NCBI GenBank assembly: GCA_016219015.1
Contig: JACRCL010000027.1
Location: forward strand, 721-64,720
Length of the DNA: 64,000 nt
Direction of reading: 5' to 3'
From: Deltaproteobacteria bacterium
GTDB lineage: Bacteria; Desulfobacterota; GWC2-55-46
Made by a program: the position numbers and the translations under genes. This document shows, piece by piece, positions 42,940-52,755 of the stretch. How positions within the stretch are numbered: the stretch's first letter is position 1; each line of letters starts with the position of its first letter. The notes under the pieces are model-generated. The model saw only the letters and a list, made by a program, of their open reading frames with translations. It made no database searches and had not been told where the DNA came from.

Positions 42940-43966
42940 TCGCAGGCTCCCGCGCTAAAGACAAGGCCTCTTTTACGACGTCATCAGCCTCTATGTTGTT
43001 TAAACATTCGTAGTGGCCGTACTTGCAGACCCTCTCGAAGCACGGGCTGCATGGGGCCTTCTTCATTACTACCACGGCCCTCTCTCCGAGAGGGCCGGTA
43101 AGGGCCGGGTCGGTTGAGCCGAAGACTGCCACCGTCGGCACGTTCAACGCCGCGCTTATGTGCATGGGGCCGGAGTCGTTGGTGATGAATACCCGCAGAT
43201 TACAAAGCAGGGCCATGGACTGGCGTAGCGTAGTCTTGCCCGCGAGGTTCAAATGCCTGTCTTCGATCATCCCCGATACCTTTTCGGAAGCATCACTGTC
43301 CTCGGGGCCGCCGAATATCAGGGGCACCGCCCCTATCGCTTTGGAGACCCTGTTGAGCGCCTGGGCGAACCTTTCGGGCGGCCACCTCTTCGCGGGCCCG
43401 TAGCTCGCGCCCGGGGCCGCGCCGATGAGCCTATCCTTATCAAGCCCGTTTTCTTTCAGGAACCTCTCGGCCCAGAGCATCTCCTCGCCGCTTATGTATA
43501 TGCGCGGGGCCGGCCTTTCGGGGACCGCGCCTCCAAGCTCTTTTACGATGTTGAGGTAATAGAAGGCCTGATGCCTTTTTTCTATCTCAGGCGTTACCGG
43601 TATCGCTTTGGTAAGGAGCGGGGACCTCAAGTCCCTCGCGTAGCCTACCCTCTCGGGTATGCCGGACATGAAGGAAAGGAAGGCCGCGTCAAAGGCGTTC
43701 TGGAAGAGCACCGCGAGATTAAAGCCTTCCCCTTTTATCTCCCCGCTCAGTTTGAGCTTGCCCTTAAGCCCCCTGTGCCTCCCGTTATCGTCATAGGTGA
43801 TTAACCCGGCCGCGTCAGGGTTATTCTCGAAAACCGGGACGACCCTCGGCTTGGCAAGTACGAATACCCCGGCGTCCGGGAAGAGGGCCTTCAAGGAGCT
43901 TAGCGCCGGGAGGCTCATTACCGCATCCCCTATCCAGTTTGGCGCCCTTACGAGTATCCTTTTCAT
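42932..43966 (-). CDS. waaF: LPS heptosyltransferase II (GT9, copy 6 of 6)
   Basis: MKRILVRAPNWIGDAVMSLPAL...ITNDSGPMHISAALNVPTVAVFGST. Tail is CSPCFERVCKYGHYEC. Confidence 0.88.
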   Translation of the reverse strand: MKRILVRAPNWIGDAVMSLPALSSLKALFPDAGVFVLAKPRVVPVFENNPDAAGLITYDDNGRHRGLKGKLKLSGEIKGEGFNLAVLFQNAFDAAFLSFMSGIPERVGYARDLRSPLLTKAIPVTPEIEKRHQAFYYLNIVKELGGAVPERPAPRIYISGEEMLWAERFLKENGLDKDRLIGAAPGASYGPAKRWPPERFAQALNRVSKAIGAVPLIFGGPEDSDASEKVSGMIEDRHLNLAGKTTLRQSMALLCNLRVFITNDSGPMHISAALNVPTVAVFGSTDPALTGPLGERAVVVMKKAPCSPCFERVCKYGHYECLNNIEADDVVKEALSLAREPAID

Positions 43967-44149
43967 TTAAACGCTCGGATTTTGAAAAATACCGCGAGTT
44001 TACGCCCCTTTGGAGGCAGGGCATTAATCCCGTATTATAGTATAAAAGGCGCCTTTGTTGTCAAATAATTGCGCCGCGCGCTTTCCTTTAAACCGTTTTT
44101 TGAATATAATGAAACCGAAGCGAATATCCCGAAAAATGGATTCCTCACC

Positions 44150-46855
44150 ATGGAATGGTATCAAAAGACCGTCACACAGACAGCCCAGGAGCTACGGACT
44201 GACCTCCGGAAAGGCCTTAGCCCCGAAGAGGCGCTCTCGCGCCTTGAGGAATACGGGCCGAACACGCTGCTTGAGAAAAAAAGAGAACCTCTGCTTAAGA
44301 AGCTCCTCAGGCAGTTCACCGAGTTCATAATACTCGTCCTTATAGGCGCCGCGGTGATAGCAGGGCTTCTGGGCGAATGGATAGACATGTCCGCCATCCT
44401 CGCGATAGTGGTACTTAACGGCGTCATCGGCTTCATCCAGGAAGAAAAGGCCGAAAGGGTCATGGAGGCGTTAAAGAAGCTCTCGGCCCCTTCGGCAAAG
44501 GTCGTGCGCGGGGGGGAGCTGAAGACAATCCCCGCCTCAGGCCTCGTGCCCGGCGATATCGTCGTGCTCGATAGCGGCGACCACGTCCCCGCGGACCTGA
44601 GGATAACGGATTCGAAGATGCTGAAGGTCCAGGAGGCGGCCCTTACAGGGGAGTCCCACCCCATAGAAAAAGAGTCCGAGGCACTTGAGGACGCCCTGCC
44701 GCTCGCGGACAGGACGAACATGGCGTACTCGGGCACGACCGTCGTCTACGGCAGAGGCAGGGGCGTGGTTACTGCCACCGGCATGGCGACCGAGATGGGC
44801 AAGATAGCGAAGCTCTTGCAGGAGGTAAAGGCCGAGCCGACGCCCCTTCAGAAGAGGCTGGCGGAGTTCGGCGCGTACCTTGTCTACGCGGCAGGGGGCA
44901 TCTGCGCGGTCATATTCCTCATAGGGGTGCTCCGCGGGGAGGCGCTTATCGATATGTTCCTCGTGGCCGTAAGCCTCGCAGTGGCCGCCATACCCGAGGG
45001 CCTGCCGGCGGTCGTGACCATTGTCCTGGCCCTCGGCGTCCAGAGGATGGTAAAGAGGCACGCCCTTGTAAGGAAGCTCCCCTCCGTGGAGACCCTCGGC
45101 GCGGCTACGATCATAGCCTCCGATAAGACAGGCACCCTTACACAGAACCAGATGACCGTAAAGAGGCTCTTCCTCTCGACCGGGGAAGATATTTCTGTCT
45201 CGGGCACAGGGTATTCACCGGATGGGCGCTTCCTGAAAGGCTCCAAAGAGATAACGCCATCGGAAAGCGACGCCCTCATGCTCGCGCTGAAGGCCGGGGT
45301 CCTCTGCAACAGCGCTGAGCTTAAAGAAAAAGGAGGCGCATGGACCGTCATAGGCGACCCTACCGAGGGGGCTCTCCTGACCCTCGGGCTCAAGGGCGGG
45401 GTCAAAAAAGACGCCCTTGAAAAAGCCCTAACCCACACCGGGGAGGTCCCCTTCGACGCCGAGAGGAAGATGATGACCTCCACATACAAGGAGGACGAGA
45501 GGGCCTACTTCGCGTTCGTAAAGGGCGCGCCTGAGCGGATACTCCCGCTCTGCTCTTTTGTCTTCGACGGCAAGACGGAAAGGCCGATAACGGACGGGGA
45601 TAAGCGGAAAATCATGGAGGCCAATGACGGGTTCTCCGGAGCGGCCCTGAGGGTCCTCGGGCTCGCGTACAGAAAATCCGGCGCGCCTCTCGATATATAT
45701 AAGGTCCACTCACTCGAAAAAGACCTCGTCTTCCTGGCGCTTGCGGGCATGATCGACCCGCCGAGGGAAGAGGTCTTCGCCGCGGTCGAGAAGGCCGTCT
45801 CCGCGGGCATAACCCCCATAATGATAACGGGCGACCACAAGATGACCGCCGTCGCCATAGCAAGGGAGCTCGACATATTCAAGGAGAACGACCTCGCGCT
45901 TACCGGCGCGGAGCTTGACAGCATGAGCAACGAGGATTTCTCGGCGCTCCTGCCGAGGATAAAGGTCTACGCGAGGGTCAACCCGGAGCATAAGCTCCGT
46001 GTCGTAAAGGCATGGAGGAACCGTGGAGAGATAATAGCCATGACCGGGGACGGGGTGAACGACGCGCCCGCCTTGAAAGAAGCGGACATAGGCGTGGCGA
46101 TGGGCATAACCGGGACGGACGTCACGAAAGAGGCCTCGGACATGGTGCTGACGGACGACAACTTCGCGTCGATCGTATCCGCCGTTGAGGAAGGCAGGGG
46201 CATATTCGACAATATCAGGAAGGTCGTCCACTTCCTCCTTTCCTGCAACATAGGCGAGATATTCGTCCTGCTCGTGGCGTCGCTCTCAGGCATGCCTCTG
46301 CCTCTCCTGCCGGTGCAGATACTCTGGACGAACCTCGTGACCGACGGCCTGCCCGCGCTCGGGCTCGCGATGGAGCCTGTTGCGCCGGGCATAATGGACA
46401 GGCCCCCGAGGGACAAGTCCGAGGGTATAGTAACGCCCACGCTCATCAGGGTAATGGCAGTGCAGGGTCTGTTCATGGCCGCCTTTACGCTCGCCGTCTA
46501 CGGTGTAGAGCTTTACTGGCTCAAGGAGCCCTTTGAGAAGGCGCGGACAATGGCGTTCATGGTGCTTGTCTTCAGCCAGATGTTCCATGTCCTCAACTGC
46601 AGGAGCGCGTGGGAGTCGGTCTTTAGTATTGGCGTCTTCTCGAACAGGGTGCTGAACGTGGCCATGCTCGTGATACTCCTCGGCCAGATACTCATAATCT
46701 ACGTCGAGCCGCTCCGCCCAATATTCAAGGTAGTGCCGCTCGGGTTGCGGGACTGGGCCGTTATCTTCGCCGTGTCAGTCCAGCCGTTATTGTTGATGGA
46801 GCTGGTAAAGATGGCGTGGCCGAGGGACAGGAGGGGGAGGAACAAGGGAAAGTGA
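44150..46855 (+). CDS. cation-transporting P-type ATPase (P2-type, Ca2+-ATPase-like)
   Basis: TGES, DKTGTLTQNQM, MITGDH and TGDGVNDAPALKEADIGVAMG motifs, with 10-TM architecture. ATG at 44150 is preferred over the track start at 44069. Confidence 0.93.
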   Translation: MEWYQKTVTQTAQELRTDLRKGLSPEEALSRLEEYGPNTLLEKKREPLLKKLLRQFTEFIILVLIGAAVIAGLLGEWIDMSAILAIVVLNGVIGFIQEEKAERVMEALKKLSAPSAKVVRGGELKTIPASGLVPGDIVVLDSGDHVPADLRITDSKMLKVQEAALTGESHPIEKESEALEDALPLADRTNMAYSGTTVVYGRGRGVVTATGMATEMGKIAKLLQEVKAEPTPLQKRLAEFGAYLVYAAGGICAVIFLIGVLRGEALIDMFLVAVSLAVAAIPEGLPAVVTIVLALGVQRMVKRHALVRKLPSVETLGAATIIASDKTGTLTQNQMTVKRLFLSTGEDISVSGTGYSPDGRFLKGSKEITPSESDALMLALKAGVLCNSAELKEKGGAWTVIGDPTEGALLTLGLKGGVKKDALEKALTHTGEVPFDAERKMMTSTYKEDERAYFAFVKGAPERILPLCSFVFDGKTERPITDGDKRKIMEANDGFSGAALRVLGLAYRKSGAPLDIYKVHSLEKDLVFLALAGMIDPPREEVFAAVEKAVSAGITPIMITGDHKMTAVAIARELDIFKENDLALTGAELDSMSNEDFSALLPRIKVYARVNPEHKLRVVKAWRNRGEIIAMTGDGVNDAPALKEADIGVAMGITGTDVTKEASDMVLTDDNFASIVSAVEEGRGIFDNIRKVVHFLLSCNIGEIFVLLVASLSGMPLPLLPVQILWTNLVTDGLPALGLAMEPVAPGIMDRPPRDKSEGIVTPTLIRVMAVQGLFMAAFTLAVYGVELYWLKEPFEKARTMAFMVLVFSQMFHVLNCRSAWESVFSIGVFSNRVLNVAMLVILLGQILIIYVEPLRPIFKVVPLGLRDWAVIFAVSVQPLLLMELVKMAWPRDRRGRNKGK

Positions 46856-47057
46856 TTATATTATAAGATAGCTTGTGATCTTATCCTCTTAAAAAGGCCT
46901 TTTTGCGCATTGCCATGCGCTTTCGGGCATAGGCCCTGCTCGCTGCATCCTCCTGCCACCGGGCGAGCCCGCCGAACCTTCCTCGAAATACGCCTTCCGC
47001 CCCGCTCGCCCGCCCTTCCCCCAGCCCTACGCTCGCTTAAGCCTATGCCCTGGTGTT

Positions 47058-47984
47058 TTAAGACGAACTATCCCTCGGCACCTTTAGCATCTTATCAAGC
47101 GCCTCTTTCGCCTTTGCCCTAACGTCTGCGGGCACTGTCACTATGTTCTTCATCTCTTTCAGCGCCTCTGCCACGTCCTCAAGGGCCGTAAGCTTCATGT
47201 TGGGGCAGATAAGGGACTTCGAGGCGAGTATGAACTTCTTTTCCGGGTTCTCTTTCTTGAGCTTATAGAGTATCCCCATCTCCGTGCCCACGATTATCGT
47301 CTTCGCCTTCGACGCGCTCGCGTATTTATACATCCCCGAGGTGGAGCATACGTGGTCGGCGAGGCTTACGACCTCCGGGCTGCACTCCGGGTGGCAGACG
47401 AATACGGCCCCGGGGTTCTCCTCTTTGGCCTTTATAACCTCGGCGGGCTTGAGCCTCTCGTGGGTCGGGCAGAAGCCCTGCCACCACTCCATCTTCTTCC
47501 TGCTCGTAAGCGAGACGTAATGCGAGAGGTTCTTATCCGGTATCATGTAGACCCGCTCCGAGGGGAGCGAATCGACTACCCTTACGGCGTTGGCCGAGGT
47601 GCAGCAGATGTCGCTAAGGGCCTTTACCGCCGCGCTCGTGTTGACGTAGGCCACCACGGGAACGCCCGGCCTCTTCGCCTTCTCTTTTATCAGGTCCTCC
47701 GGCGTTATCATGTCGGCCATGGGGCAGCCCGCGTCGAGCCGGGGTAGTATCACGGTCTTGTCCGGGGAGAGTATCGCCGCGCTCTCGGCCATGAAATGCA
47801 CCCCGCAGAAGACTATTACTTTCGCGTCGGATTCGGCGGCGGCCTGGCTCAGGGCAAGAGAGTCCCCGGTAAGGTCCGCCGTCTCCTGCACCTCGTCCCT
47901 CTGGTAGTTATGGGCGAGCATTATCGCGCCCCTTTCCTTCAAGAGCGAGCGCACTTCCTTTTTAAGATCGTTCCTGTCCCGCAT
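47058..47984 (-). CDS. nadA: quinolinate synthase
   Basis: [22 protein letters not shown]...[12 protein letters not shown]...CPM...CHPEC...[14 protein letters not shown]. Confidence 0.95.
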   Translation of the reverse strand: MRDRNDLKKEVRSLLKERGAIMLAHNYQRDEVQETADLTGDSLALSQAAAESDAKVIVFCGVHFMAESAAILSPDKTVILPRLDAGCPMADMITPEDLIKEKAKRPGVPVVAYVNTSAAVKALSDICCTSANAVRVVDSLPSERVYMIPDKNLSHYVSLTSRKKMEWWQGFCPTHERLKPAEVIKAKEENPGAVFVCHPECSPEVVSLADHVCSTSGMYKYASASKAKTIIVGTEMGILYKLKKENPEKKFILASKSLICPNMKLTALEDVAEALKEMKNIVTVPADVRAKAKEALDKMLKVPRDSSS

Positions 47985-48086
47985 AATAGCCCCGATAATA
48001 GCCCCGAAAGTCTTTCCTGAAAAATCGATTATATGATATTATCTTTTAAAATAAAACACGTAAATGACCGGCCTCATAAACCAAAT

Positions 48087-48659
48087 ATGCTTACCGTAGC
48101 CGAGAAAAAGGCCCTCCTTGGGCTTGCCCGCAAGGCGATAGAGTCCTGCCTGAACGGGAAGAGATCTGAAGATTTTGACGCCCGGACCCCGGCCCTCGAT
48201 AAGGACTCCGGCGCCTTCGTGACCCTCCACAGGGACGGCATGCTCCGGGGCTGCATCGGCACGTTCGCCTCGCCAAACCCGCTCTTCAAGACGATAACGG
48301 ATATGGCGGTCTCGGCGGCCACGCAGGACCCGCGCTTCATGCCGCTCGGACCCGAAGAGCTCGGCCTTGTGACCATAGAGATATCGGTACTCTCTCCTTT
48401 AAAGGAAATATCGGAGATAACTGAGGTCGAGGTAGGCAGGCACGGCCTCTACATAATAAAGGGGAGGAACAGGGGCGTGCTGCTGCCGCAGGTTGCGGTA
48501 GAGCACGGGTTCGACAGAATTTCTTTCCTTGAGCAGACCTGCATGAAGGCCGGGCTTTCAAAAGATGCGTGGAAGAAGGACGCCGCGATCTTTACCTTCG
48601 AGGCCGAGATATTCAGGGAGGAGGACTTCAGGGAGGGGGCCAGCGCAAGCCTTTCCTGA
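48087..48659 (+). CDS. AMMECR1-domain protein (AmmeMemoRadiSam system protein A-like)
   Basis: GAFVTLHRDGMLRGCIGTF...DPRF.PL...LEISVLSPL...GRHGLYI...GVLLPQV. Confidence 0.9.
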   Translation: MLTVAEKKALLGLARKAIESCLNGKRSEDFDARTPALDKDSGAFVTLHRDGMLRGCIGTFASPNPLFKTITDMAVSAATQDPRFMPLGPEELGLVTIEISVLSPLKEISEITEVEVGRHGLYIIKGRNRGVLLPQVAVEHGFDRISFLEQTCMKAGLSKDAWKKDAAIFTFEAEIFREEDFREGASASLS

Positions 48660-48666
48660 GCTTTTG

Positions 48667-49863
48667 TTACTTGAGCTCGCCTACTGCCTTTCCTATCCTT
48701 TTGACCCCTTCGACGACATTGTCCATCGAGGTCGCGTAAGAAAGCCTTATGAACGAGTCGTCTCCGAAAGGCTCGCCCGGCACCACGGCCACGCCAGCCT
48801 CGTCAAGGAGGTAGTTGGCCATATCGACCGAGCCCTTTATCGTCCTGTCCTTGAACTTCCTGCCGTAGGTCTTCGATACGTTGGCGAACACATAGAAAGC
48901 GCCCTGCGGCTTGAAGCAGCTTACGCCCACAATCGCGTTAAGCCCGTCCACCATGGCGTTACGCCTCTTCTCGAACTCGCTCCGCATCTTCGATAGCGAC
49001 TCCTGCGGGCCGTTCAGGGCCTCCACCGCCGCCCACTGGCTGATAGACGCGGGGTTGGAGGTAGACTGGCTCTGGATGTTCGTCATCGCCTTTACTATCT
49101 CCTTCGGCCCGGCCGCGTACCCTATCCTCCAGCCTGTCATCGAGTAGGTCTTGGAAACGCCGTTCAATACCACGGTGGACCTTTTCACCTCGTCGGAGAC
49201 CGAGGCGATGGAAGTGGTCTTGAACCCGTCGTAGGCGAGCTTTTCGTATATCTCGTCGGAGACTATCAGCAGGTTGTTTTTAAGCGCCACTTCGGCTATG
49301 GCCTTCAGCTCGTCGGCGGTATACGCGGCGCCGGTGGGGTTTGACGGGCTGTTTATGACGACGGCCTTGGCGTTGGGAGTGATGCTCTCTTTAAAAGCCT
49401 TCAACGACATCCTGAAGCCCTCGGCCTCGCTTGTATTGACTATCCTCGGCGTGCCTCCGCCGAGCGCGACCATCACCGGGTAAGAGACCCAGTAAGGGGC
49501 CGGGATTATCACCTCGTCGCCGGGGTCGAGGATGGCCTGGAAGAGGTTGAAGATCGAGTGCTTGCCGCCGCAGGATACGATTATCTCCTCGCGCGAATAC
49601 GCGAGGTTATTGTCCTTCCTGAATTTATTTATTATGGCGTCCTTCAGCTCGTTTATCCCGCCTACGGGCGTGTACTTCGTCTGCCCGCCGTTTATGGCCT
49701 TTATCGCCGCCTCTTTTATGTTCTGCGGCGTGTCGAAGTCAGGCTCGCCCGCGCCGAAGCCAATTATGTCCCTGCCTTCGGCCTTCAGGGCGCGCGCCTT
49801 CGCCGTTATCGCCAGCGTTACGGATTCCTCGAGGCCGTTCATCCTGCCTGAAAGCTTTATCAT
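48667..49863 (-). CDS. pyridoxal-phosphate-dependent aminotransferase, class I (aspartate aminotransferase-like)
   Basis: GAGEPDFDTPQNIKEAA...YTPVGGINELK...NSPSNPTGAAY...SKTYSMTGWRIGY (PLP lysine)...RLSYATS. Confidence 0.93.
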   Translation of the reverse strand: MIKLSGRMNGLEESVTLAITAKARALKAEGRDIIGFGAGEPDFDTPQNIKEAAIKAINGGQTKYTPVGGINELKDAIINKFRKDNNLAYSREEIIVSCGGKHSIFNLFQAILDPGDEVIIPAPYWVSYPVMVALGGGTPRIVNTSEAEGFRMSLKAFKESITPNAKAVVINSPSNPTGAAYTADELKAIAEVALKNNLLIVSDEIYEKLAYDGFKTTSIASVSDEVKRSTVVLNGVSKTYSMTGWRIGYAAGPKEIVKAMTNIQSQSTSNPASISQWAAVEALNGPQESLSKMRSEFEKRRNAMVDGLNAIVGVSCFKPQGAFYVFANVSKTYGRKFKDRTIKGSVDMANYLLDEAGVAVVPGEPFGDDSFIRLSYATSMDNVVEGVKRIGKAVGELK

Positions 49864-49876
49864 CTCAAATGCTCCT

Positions 49877-50371
49877 CTATTCTAATCCGTACTTCTCTTT
49901 TAACTTCTTTGCCACGTTGGGGGTGACGAACGCGCTCAAGTTCCCGCCGAGGCGGGCTATCTCCTTTATGAACCGGGAGCTTATGGGCGCGTAGTTCTCA
50001 GCCGTCATCATGAAGACGGTCTCTATGCCGGGGTCGAGCTTCCTGTTCGTAAGCGCCATCTGGAACTCGTACTCGAAGTCGGATATTACCCTCAGCCCGC
50101 GGAGCACGGTCGTCGCCTTCTTCTTCCTCATGTAGTCCATCAGGAGGGAGTCGAAGCTCTCCACCCTGACGTTGCCGTACTTTTTTATCTCATGGCCTAT
50201 CATCTCGAGCCTTTCGTCGACCTCGAAGAGCGGGGCCTTCGATAGGCTCTCGGCCACCGCTACGATGAGGACGTCGAAGAGCTTGAGCCCCCGCTCGATT
50301 ATGTCGAGATGGCCCCTCGTTATCGGGTCGAAGGTGCCGGGGTAGACCCCTATGTGCCTCGGTTTCGCCAT
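49877..50371 (-). CDS. coaD: pantetheine-phosphate adenylyltransferase
   Basis: GVYPGTFDPITRGHLDIIERG...RGLRVISDFEYEFQMALTNRKL...ISSRFIKEIA. Confidence 0.96.
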   Translation of the reverse strand: MAKPRHIGVYPGTFDPITRGHLDIIERGLKLFDVLIVAVAESLSKAPLFEVDERLEMIGHEIKKYGNVRVESFDSLLMDYMRKKKATTVLRGLRVISDFEYEFQMALTNRKLDPGIETVFMMTAENYAPISSRFIKEIARLGGNLSAFVTPNVAKKLKEKYGLE

Positions 50372-50920
50372 TTAGTCCGCCGTAAAAAAGTATATGAGCG
50401 TGTCCCCATACCTCCGCTCGTCGAACTGCCTTAAATTCTTGAACTCCCCCGAAACCGGCGCCCTCTTCGAGGCCTCGGCCACGATAATGCCCCCGGCTTC
50501 GGCTATCCCCTCTTCGTCTATCGCCTTTAAGGTTTGTGCAACGAGCCCGGATGAGTAGGGCGGGTCAATAAATATGAGGCCGAACCGCTCGCCTTTTTTT
50601 GAGAACGTCCGGACGGCGCTCACGGCGTCCCTTTTAAGGACGCCGGCCCCGGCATAACCGAGGCTGTCGAGGTTCTTCCTTATTATCGATATCGCCGCGG
50701 GGTCGCTGTCAACGAATACTATTTCCTCAGCGCCCCTGCTCAAGGCCTCTATGCCCATTGCGCCGGTGCCTGCGAAGAGGTCGAGCACCTTTTTGAACGG
50801 GAAGTCCCCCGGGAGTATGTTGAAGACGGCCTCCCTTACCTTGTCGGAGGTAGGCCGGACCGAAAGCCCCCTGAAGGAAGAAAGCCTTCTGCCCTTCCAT
50901 ATGCCCCCGATCACCCTCAT
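50372..50920 (-). CDS. rsmD: 16S rRNA (guanine966-N2)-methyltransferase
   Basis: MRVIGGIWKGRRL...RPTSDKVREAVFNIL...LDLFAGTGAMGIEALSRGA...IFIDPPY. Confidence 0.93.
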   Translation of the reverse strand: MRVIGGIWKGRRLSSFRGLSVRPTSDKVREAVFNILPGDFPFKKVLDLFAGTGAMGIEALSRGAEEIVFVDSDPAAISIIRKNLDSLGYAGAGVLKRDAVSAVRTFSKKGERFGLIFIDPPYSSGLVAQTLKAIDEEGIAEAGGIIVAEASKRAPVSGEFKNLRQFDERRYGDTLIYFFTAD

Positions 50921-50929
50921 TAAAAGGCT

Positions 50930-51364
50930 TTACCGCTCCGCCTTTTCAGCTTTTCCGAAGACCTTTATCGAGATGAGCCTGGACCTCGGCCCGTCGAACT
51001 CCGAGAAATAGATGGCCTGCCACTGCCCGAGGGCGAGCCTGCCTTTAGTTATGGGCACCGTGACGCTGTTGCCCGCGAACAGCGATTTCAGGTGGGCGTC
51101 CGCGTTCCTGCCGTAGTCGCCCTTGTTGTGCTTGTAGGAAGGCTTATTGGGTATGAGTTCCTTCAGGAAGTTGTGGAAGTCCTCCTCAAGGTCCTTGTCG
51201 GCGTTATTAAGGTGTATGCTTGCCGTGGTATGGCCGGTAAATACCAGCGCCATGCCTTCCAGGATGCTGCTTTCCAGGATGACCGCTTCAATCTGATTGG
51301 TTATGTTCACCTCTTCGGTCTTGGCATTCGATTTGACCCTTATGGCGCCGGTAAAGACTTTCAT
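50930..51364 (-). CDS. yjbQ: YjbQ/UPF0047 family (secondary thiamine-phosphate synthase) protein
   Basis: TGHTTASIHLNNADKDL...NADAHLKSLFAGNSVTVPITKGRLALGQWQAIYFSEFDGPRSR. Confidence 0.9.
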   Translation of the reverse strand: MKVFTGAIRVKSNAKTEEVNITNQIEAVILESSILEGMALVFTGHTTASIHLNNADKDLEEDFHNFLKELIPNKPSYKHNKGDYGRNADAHLKSLFAGNSVTVPITKGRLALGQWQAIYFSEFDGPRSRLISIKVFGKAEKAER

Positions 51365-51450
51365 TTACCCTCCTGGCAATTTTAAATTTTATAAGAGCCT
51401 GAAAGCTACAATATTATACTTTTTTGAAAAGCGAAATTCCACAGCTTTTG

Positions 51451-52167
51451 TCAAAGGAGCCCGGGCAGTAGCTCCCCTGCCTTCCCGGCTAGACGCGCGT
51501 CCATTATCCCTGAAAGCGGCGTAGGCTCCGGGTTCACCTCAATGAGGTAAGCGCCGGCCTTTTTGGCTATAGACGGCAGCGAGGCCGTCGGCTGTACGAC
51601 ACCCGAAGTCCCCGCCGCTATCATCACGTCCGCGCCCTCCGAGGCCTCGAACGCCCTGTCAAGAAGCCCCTCCGGGAGCGCCTCCCCGAACCAGACCACA
51701 TCCGGCATTAAGACCCCGCCGCATAAGGCGCACCTCGGTATTATCCTTATCGGCGCATTTCTATCCTCGCTTGAGCCGCCGCAGCCCAGGCACTTCGTGC
51801 GCCAAATGGAGCCGTGGAGCTCTATGACGTTCCTGCTCCCGGCAAGGGAATGGAGGCCGTCTACGTTCTGGGTTATAAGGGCGAAGGCCGGGTTCCTTTT
51901 TTCAAGCTCAACGAGCGCGTAGTGGGCGGCGTTCGGCCTTATGGAGGCTATTATAGACCTCCTCCAGCCGTACCACTCCCAGACAAGCGCGGGGTCGCGG
52001 TCGAACGCCTCCGGGGTGGCCAGGTCTTCGGGCTTCAAGGTCTTCCAGAGGCCTTCGACGCCCCTGAAGGTGGGCACGCCGCTTTCAGCCGAGACCCCCG
52101 CGCCGGTAAGCGCCACCGGGGACCTCGACGACCTTAGCCGCTGCCGGGCTATCTCTATGCCGTCCAT
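51451..52167 (-). CDS. cobB: NAD-dependent protein deacylase (Sir2 family)
   Basis: LTGAGVSAESGVPTFRG, QNVDGLH, a Zn-ribbon (CLGC...CALC), and GTSGVVQP. Confidence 0.93.
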   Translation of the reverse strand: MDGIEIARQRLRSSRSPVALTGAGVSAESGVPTFRGVEGLWKTLKPEDLATPEAFDRDPALVWEWYGWRRSIIASIRPNAAHYALVELEKRNPAFALITQNVDGLHSLAGSRNVIELHGSIWRTKCLGCGGSSEDRNAPIRIIPRCALCGGVLMPDVVWFGEALPEGLLDRAFEASEGADVMIAAGTSGVVQPTASLPSIAKKAGAYLIEVNPEPTPLSGIMDARLAGKAGELLPGLL

Positions 52168-52227
52168 TTAACAGGGTATTCCGGGAATGCCTGGGCCTTG
52201 AGAGAGGCTGCTGGAAGGAGTTAAATC

Positions 52228-52482
52228 TTAGACCCTGAACTTTCCCTCTTTCGAGATAACTCCGCTCCTTATAGCGTCGTTTATTATCTTCCTCGCGCTC
52301 TCGATCTTCTCCTGCTCAACGGCTATCCTCTTTTCGAGGTAATCTTCGGTGTAGAAACGCGCCTGCCCGAGCGTCCGTATGGAGCAGGTTATCTTGTAGT
52401 CTTCCATGATGGTCTCGATCACGCTTGCGTCGATATCGTTATAGAAAGAGTACAGGTCTATGAAATTTATCCGTGTGGCCAT
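52228..52482 (-). CDS. small hypothetical protein, DUF2007-like (84 aa)
   Basis: ATG ORF with LYSFYNDIDASVIETIMEDYKITCSIRTL...IAVEQEKIESARKIIN, resembling the small GlnB-like DUF2007 fold. Tentative. Confidence 0.55.
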   Translation of the reverse strand: MATRINFIDLYSFYNDIDASVIETIMEDYKITCSIRTLGQARFYTEDYLEKRIAVEQEKIESARKIINDAIRSGVISKEGKFRV

Positions 52483-52534
52483 AAGCCTTTAAAGTATATG
52501 AAAAAGGGCCTCTTTTGTCAATGATTACAGGGTG

Positions 52535-52656
52535 CCTCTAAAAATTAGGAATTTTTTCTGAAGTCAAGGAATGGCGGAAATAAAAAGCGCAGCATATGTG
52601 ACCATTTTTATTTTCGCGCCTGCGCAGAGGTCAGGAAAAAGAACAATTTTTAGAAG
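52535..52656 (+). repeat. family A element, copy 5
   Basis: Same element in the divergent intergenic region between 52482 and 52756. Confidence 0.9.
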
Positions 52657-52755
52657 TAGACTGCATAATTTCAAGACCCTCCGGCGGGCCCTTACCGCTT
52701 GACTTTTGTGCGTAGTGCCTGCCATAATCAATACACAATAACGCGGAGGTTACGG

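Noticed and set aside
46910-47122. 70-aa ORF in the ATPase-nadA spacer.
   Set aside because: Its composition is Pro/Arg/Ala/Leu-rich and low-complexity. It overlaps the 3-prime end of nadA on the other strand and has no SD. It is treated as non-coding.
4611-52656. Possibility that the recurrent intergenic repeats (families A to D) form a CRISPR array.
   Set aside because: Copies are 70-160 bp, internally palindromic, scattered kilobases apart in both orientations, not separated by uniform short spacers, and no cas genes are present.
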